Of a stretch of 64,000 nt of DNA, positions 60,261-64,000 are shown piece after piece; position 1 is the stretch's first letter, and every line of letters begins with the position of its first letter. The position numbers and the translations under genes were made by a program. The stretch spans positions 72,264-136,263 of the forward strand of contig JAPOTS010000136.1 in NCBI GenBank assembly GCA_026709065.1, given 5' to 3'. The notes under the pieces were generated by a model. It made no database searches and was not told the origin of the DNA. It saw only the letters and a program-made list of their open reading frames with translations. Source of the DNA: Bacteroidota bacterium. Its GTDB lineage: Bacteria; Bacteroidota; Rhodothermia; Rhodothermales; Bin80.

Positions 60261-60656
60261 ATGGTCAGTGAGGAAAGAAAAAAAAGAAAGTCTGACCGCA
60301 TTACGCTACATTCCAAAGAACTATACAGGAATTTGCATGAATGGGTAGAACTCAAAATTCAACTCACTGTATCTGAGTTTCGTGATTCCATTTGGGATCA
60401 GCGAAAAAAAATCGTTTTAGCTATTATCGTATGCTTTTCAATTCTTCTCTCTGTGGTATTTCTATTGATTGCAACCGCAATATGGCTGGGGAATATATTA
60501 AATAATCTGATATGGGGATTTTTAATCACAGCTCTATTGATGAGTGTCGCTTCATGGCTCATCTATCATCTAGCACTCAAAACACCTAACATAGATATTG
60601 ATCAACCTAATCAACTCACTTCTGAAACTCATGGACAACCAAGATCAAAAGCCTAA
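60261..60656 (+). CDS. Small two-TM membrane protein (YqjE / holin-X-like)
   Basis: A charged N-terminus, then two hydrophobic helices ('IVLAIIVCFSILLSVVFLLIATAIWL' and 'WGFLITALLMSVASWLI'). Confidence 0.55.
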   Translation: MVSEERKKRKSDRITLHSKELYRNLHEWVELKIQLTVSEFRDSIWDQRKKIVLAIIVCFSILLSVVFLLIATAIWLGNILNNLIWGFLITALLMSVASWLIYHLALKTPNIDIDQPNQLTSETHGQPRSKA

Positions 60657-60861
60657 CAGTCGTGACTTACGCTCGTCACTCAACGATGGTGTCGAAAAAA
60701 TTGATAAACACATTAGAGAACTTCGCCAAGAGATATCTAATGTCGTGCCTCCTGTGAAAGATTTTATGGTTAAACATCCTGTTGGTACCCTCTCAACTGT
60801 TTTTGGGATAGGATTTGTCATTGGTTGCTTCATTGCAGGCAGTCAAAATAATGACGATTAA
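60631..60861 (+). CDS. Tail-anchored small protein (DUF883/YqjD-ElaB-like)
   Basis: A helical N-terminus and a C-terminal anchor 'KHPVGTLSTVFGIGFVIGCFIAG'. The internal ATG at 60631 is preferred over the 60598 start. Confidence 0.5.
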   Translation: MDNQDQKPNSRDLRSSLNDGVEKIDKHIRELRQEISNVVPPVKDFMVKHPVGTLSTVFGIGFVIGCFIAGSQNNDD

Positions 60862-61024
60862 GCGATTGAAGATTCATTTTAATGAGTTAGAATACTGAAG
60901 AATTGAAATCATTGACGAATCCTGCAGACACATTTCATCCCTTGAGGTGAACGGATATAATCACTACTAAAACATTTTGATTACTACAATTTCATAGATC
61001 ATCGATTCAATAGATAATTTTATT

Positions 61025-61543
61025 ATGGCAGAACACCCCCCCAACAAGTCAACCGATGAGATTCGAAAAGAATTAGGTGACCGCGAGGCAAGCATTGATC
61101 ATCATCTCTCATCTCTGAGAAATGAATTTACCAATATACTTCCTCAAGTAAAGAACATCATTGAAAAACATCCAATTGGGAGTGCTGCAACGGTTTTAGG
61201 TGTGGGAGTTGTTTTGGGGTATCTAACGTCCAAGACTCAAAGTAGGGGGGGATCCACTCGGGAGTCATTGCTCCAATCTGCTCTGGATCCAGCTCTTGAG
61301 ACGGTTAAAGAACATCTCAATCAAGGAGGACATTTGCCCGGCAGAGATGTGAGTCCCATTCTAACGCCTGCCATTGAAGCCGCTGAAAAACATCTCATTG
61401 AATCAAAGAGTACAACCACCCAAAATACATCCTCCCTTAAGCAGAATAGTGTAATCAGCGATCTAGTTAGAATGTTAGTCCCCATCGGCATTCAGATGGG
61501 TCTTAAGGCACTTGATAAGAATGACAAGTCAGATCAAGACTGA
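61025..61543 (+). CDS. Paralogous DUF883/YqjD-like protein with a C-terminal extension
   Basis: 'LRNEFTNILPQVKNIIEKHPIGSAATVLGVGVVLGYL' aligns with 'LRQEISNVVPPVKDFMVKHPVGTLSTVFGIGFVIGCF' from the preceding gene. Confidence 0.5.
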   Translation: MAEHPPNKSTDEIRKELGDREASIDHHLSSLRNEFTNILPQVKNIIEKHPIGSAATVLGVGVVLGYLTSKTQSRGGSTRESLLQSALDPALETVKEHLNQGGHLPGRDVSPILTPAIEAAEKHLIESKSTTTQNTSSLKQNSVISDLVRMLVPIGIQMGLKALDKNDKSDQD

Positions 61544-62189
61544 TTTAGACATAGACTATCGACTTGTATTTCTGGGGCCTCCTGGATCGGGTAAGGGTAC
61601 GCAGGCAAGACTTCTGGCATCTCGGTTTGGTATGAAGCATATCTCAACAGGTGCAATTCTACGTGGGGAAATTGATGCAGGGACTTGCCTGGGTATTGAA
61701 GCAAAAAAATACATTGAGAATGGTCAATTAGTTCCAGACCATCTTGTACGCTCGTTGGCTGAAAATGCGATAAAATCTGAGGATTGTAAAGGGTTTATCC
61801 TTGACGGTTATCCGCGAACTATTCAGCAGGCGCTATGGCTATGTGAGTTTATGGATGCTGAGGCGGAATCTTTGACTGCGGTCATTAATTTGACGATCAG
61901 CAATGAAGATGTTGTTTCAAGGTTATCCCAACGGCGAATTAATTCCTGTACTGGCGAGAATTTTCATCTGTCAAACAAACCGCCTCCTCAGGAGCAATCA
62001 AAATTTATTGTTATTCGCAGTGATGATCAACCTGATGCAATTCGGCAGCGACTCAAAATTTACCATGAACTGACTCATCCTTTGGTTGAGTACTATTCTA
62101 AGAAGAAATTACTGATTGCTGTGGACGCTTTGGGCTCATTCGGTGCAGTGAATTCAGAAATTTGCCGCGTCTTAAATTTCCCTGGATGA
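61521..62189 (+). CDS. adk: Adenylate kinase
   Basis: P-loop 'GPPGSGKGTQ' and 'GFILDGYPRT'. The lid lacks a Cys4 zinc site. Confidence 0.93.
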   Translation: MTSQIKTDLDIDYRLVFLGPPGSGKGTQARLLASRFGMKHISTGAILRGEIDAGTCLGIEAKKYIENGQLVPDHLVRSLAENAIKSEDCKGFILDGYPRTIQQALWLCEFMDAEAESLTAVINLTISNEDVVSRLSQRRINSCTGENFHLSNKPPPQEQSKFIVIRSDDQPDAIRQRLKIYHELTHPLVEYYSKKKLLIAVDALGSFGAVNSEICRVLNFPG

Positions 62190-63160
62190 TGACTCAAAAA
62201 ACAACTCTCGTACATCTTCAATCTGAGATTGAATCCAGTCTTACAGGCCTAGTTAAGGATCATCGCCCGGATGAATTGTATGATTCGGTCCGATATGTGA
62301 TATCAGGAGGTGGAAAGCGCCTTCGGCCTGTTTTATTACTTCTGTCAGCTAAAATTTTTGACGTGAGCATCAAGCGGGCCATGCCTCTTGGACTCGCAGT
62401 AGAACTTATTCATAATTTTTCTCTCGTTCACGATGATATTATGGATCATGCTGATAGCAGAAGGGGGCGGAAGACGGTTCATGTTTTGTGGGGCATTGAT
62501 ACTGCGATTCTATGCGGGGATGTTCTGTTAGCATTAGCCTCCGAATGTATCAGTCAGGCCAGTGACTCTAACCAAAGTCATTTAACCCGTGTCTACGGGA
62601 CTATGATCAGAGAATTATGTGAGGGGCAGGCTCTTGATATGCATATCGGACTCAAGCCAGATCTGACCACAGATGATTATTTGCATATGGTGGATGGGAA
62701 AACTGGCGGATTAATTTCAGCATCCCTTGAAATGGGAGGGATTATCGGCAACGTAAGTTCAGAAACATGTATGGTATTAAGAGAGGCTGGTAAATCCATT
62801 GGTCGTGCGTTTCAGATCTTAGATGATCTATTGGATTTGGTTGCAGACGACCATCGTTGGGGTAAGGTTCAGGGAGGCGATTTGATCGAGGGTAAAGGAA
62901 CCTACCTGCTTGCTGAATCTCGCCTGAGATCCAAGGGAAAGGATGCTGAATTCTTTGCTAAGATTCGCCCGGGTGATGGGCTTTCTCCTGACGAAATTCC
63001 AGTGGCACGATCAAAAATGGAGGCGCTTGGTGTATTATATAATGCCCGACAACAGGTGCAAAACTATACGAATGACGCATTAACAAAGATTAAGTCTATC
63101 TCTGGGAATACCGAAGAATTAGAAGCACTCATCACTGATATGGCTCAACGGATTTATTAA
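62186..63160 (+). CDS. Polyprenyl diphosphate synthase (trans-IPPS)
   Basis: The first DDxxD-type motif 'LVHDDIMDHADSRRG' and the second 'FQILDDLLD'. The start overlaps the adk stop in an ATGA. Confidence 0.88.
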   Translation: MMTQKTTLVHLQSEIESSLTGLVKDHRPDELYDSVRYVISGGGKRLRPVLLLLSAKIFDVSIKRAMPLGLAVELIHNFSLVHDDIMDHADSRRGRKTVHVLWGIDTAILCGDVLLALASECISQASDSNQSHLTRVYGTMIRELCEGQALDMHIGLKPDLTTDDYLHMVDGKTGGLISASLEMGGIIGNVSSETCMVLREAGKSIGRAFQILDDLLDLVADDHRWGKVQGGDLIEGKGTYLLAESRLRSKGKDAEFFAKIRPGDGLSPDEIPVARSKMEALGVLYNARQQVQNYTNDALTKIKSISGNTEELEALITDMAQRIY

Positions 63161-63383
63161 CTCAAACCATATAAGTTGATCAACTTTCTTGTGACTCTCC
63201 ATCTTCTTTATTGATGTTGGAGCAGTGTTTTGAAATTTTCTTGATGAAATTTGAAGAAGTACAAACATCAAATTCTTTAATCCTCAACTTTCGCATGATC
63301 ATTCTCTGTCAAGATTCCCCATGATTAACTGAAGAATAAAAATTGATCTACACTCAGTAATAATAATTCTAAACATCCATTAA

Positions 63384-64000
63384 ATGACAAAAGATACAGT
63401 GGGCCAAATTGATCACGAAGGGATGTACGAAGCTGTTTGCAGTTTTCCGCAATATCTCAAATCAGGGCGCGAACGAGTCTTAAATGAAATCCCTTCTAAT
63501 TGGCCAGGTGATGGTGTTCAAGCAGTCGTGATTGCCGGGATGGGGGGAAGCGCAATTGGAGGTGATATATTATCCGCATTAGCCATTGACCACGCGCCCC
63601 TCCCTGTAACTGTCTGTCGCAGTTACACTTTACCTAAATGGGTAGGGACTGAAACAGCAGTAATCGCTTCAAGTTATTCTGGTAATACAGAAGAAACTTT
63701 ATCTGCTTTTGATGATGCCATTACTCGTAGCGCTAGAGTACTGGCCATTACAACAGGTGGAGAATTAGAAGCGCGTGCTCTCGGTAATCATGTTCCCTGC
63801 ATTAAGCTTCCGTCGGGTATTCAACCCCGTGCTGCGCTCCCATTTTCACTATCGGCTTTGCTCACGATTTCAGAGCACTTGAATTTGACTCCTACCAAAT
63901 CTGATGATTGGCATGAAGCGGTAGAGGTGACTCAGCAATTGTCAAATCAACTCTCAAATCTATCTGATCCCGAAAATTTAGCGATCAACTTGGCAAATGT
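63384..64000 (+). CDS. Bifunctional phosphoglucose/phosphomannose isomerase-like SIS protein (3' end outside the window)
   Basis: Not in the ORF track because it runs off the window. My translation gives 'MTKDTVGQIDHEGMYEAVCSFPQYL...VVIAGMGGSAIGGD...ASSYSGNTEETL'. Confidence 0.75.
   Translation, partial: MTKDTVGQIDHEGMYEAVCSFPQYLKSGRERVLNEIPSNWPGDGVQAVVIAGMGGSAIGGDILSALAIDHAPLPVTVCRSYTLPKWVGTETAVIASSYSGNTEETLSAFDDAITRSARVLAITTGGELEARALGNHVPCIKLPSGIQPRAALPFSLSALLTISEHLNLTPTKSDDWHEAVEVTQQLSNQLSNLSDPENLAINLAN

Overview
This is a 64-kb piece of a diderm bacterial chromosome. It is moderately AT-rich. Its gene content (LptC/A/B, DsbD, a TorF-like porin, a LuxE/LuxC pair) resembles FCB-group lineages, but no taxon can be assigned from the sequence alone. 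About 55 protein genes are mostly housekeeping and tightly packed:
- prfB with its programmed +1 frameshift, and nadB
- the conserved rimP-nusA-infB-rbfA-truB-ribF-rpsO-pnp block, then an M16 peptidase
- folD, gltBD, and a SAM-I riboswitch followed by metY-metX-asd
- tRNA-Gly(GCC), lptC/lptA-like/lptB, a DAHP synthase, prfA, and rpsF-rpsR-rplI
- dsbD, sbcB, sugar-kinase/SIS genes, folB, maf, an NSS transporter, LuxE/LuxC-like genes, adk, and a polyprenyl synthase

Three accessory insertions stand out.
1. At 39.3-42.3 kb, an AT-rich two-gene cassette is wedged between the DAHP synthase gene and prfA. It encodes an NYN/PIN-like nuclease carrying a Cys4 insert. The second gene is a NACHT-type STAND NTPase with a pentapeptide-repeat-like and winged-helix C-terminus. 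This is my best candidate for an undescribed defence-type system.
2. At 27.5-31.1 kb, a more GC-rich solitary 963-aa MmeI-like fusion (nuclease-like N-terminus plus gamma-class N6-adenine methyltransferase) is bracketed by diverged direct repeats of about 260-315 bp. Each repeat carries a small ORF whose substitutions fall mostly at third codon positions.
3. At 1-1.5 kb, the 3' part of a Type III Res-like helicase-nuclease gene is split by a single in-frame TAG.

I saw no CRISPR array, rRNA, integrase or transposase.
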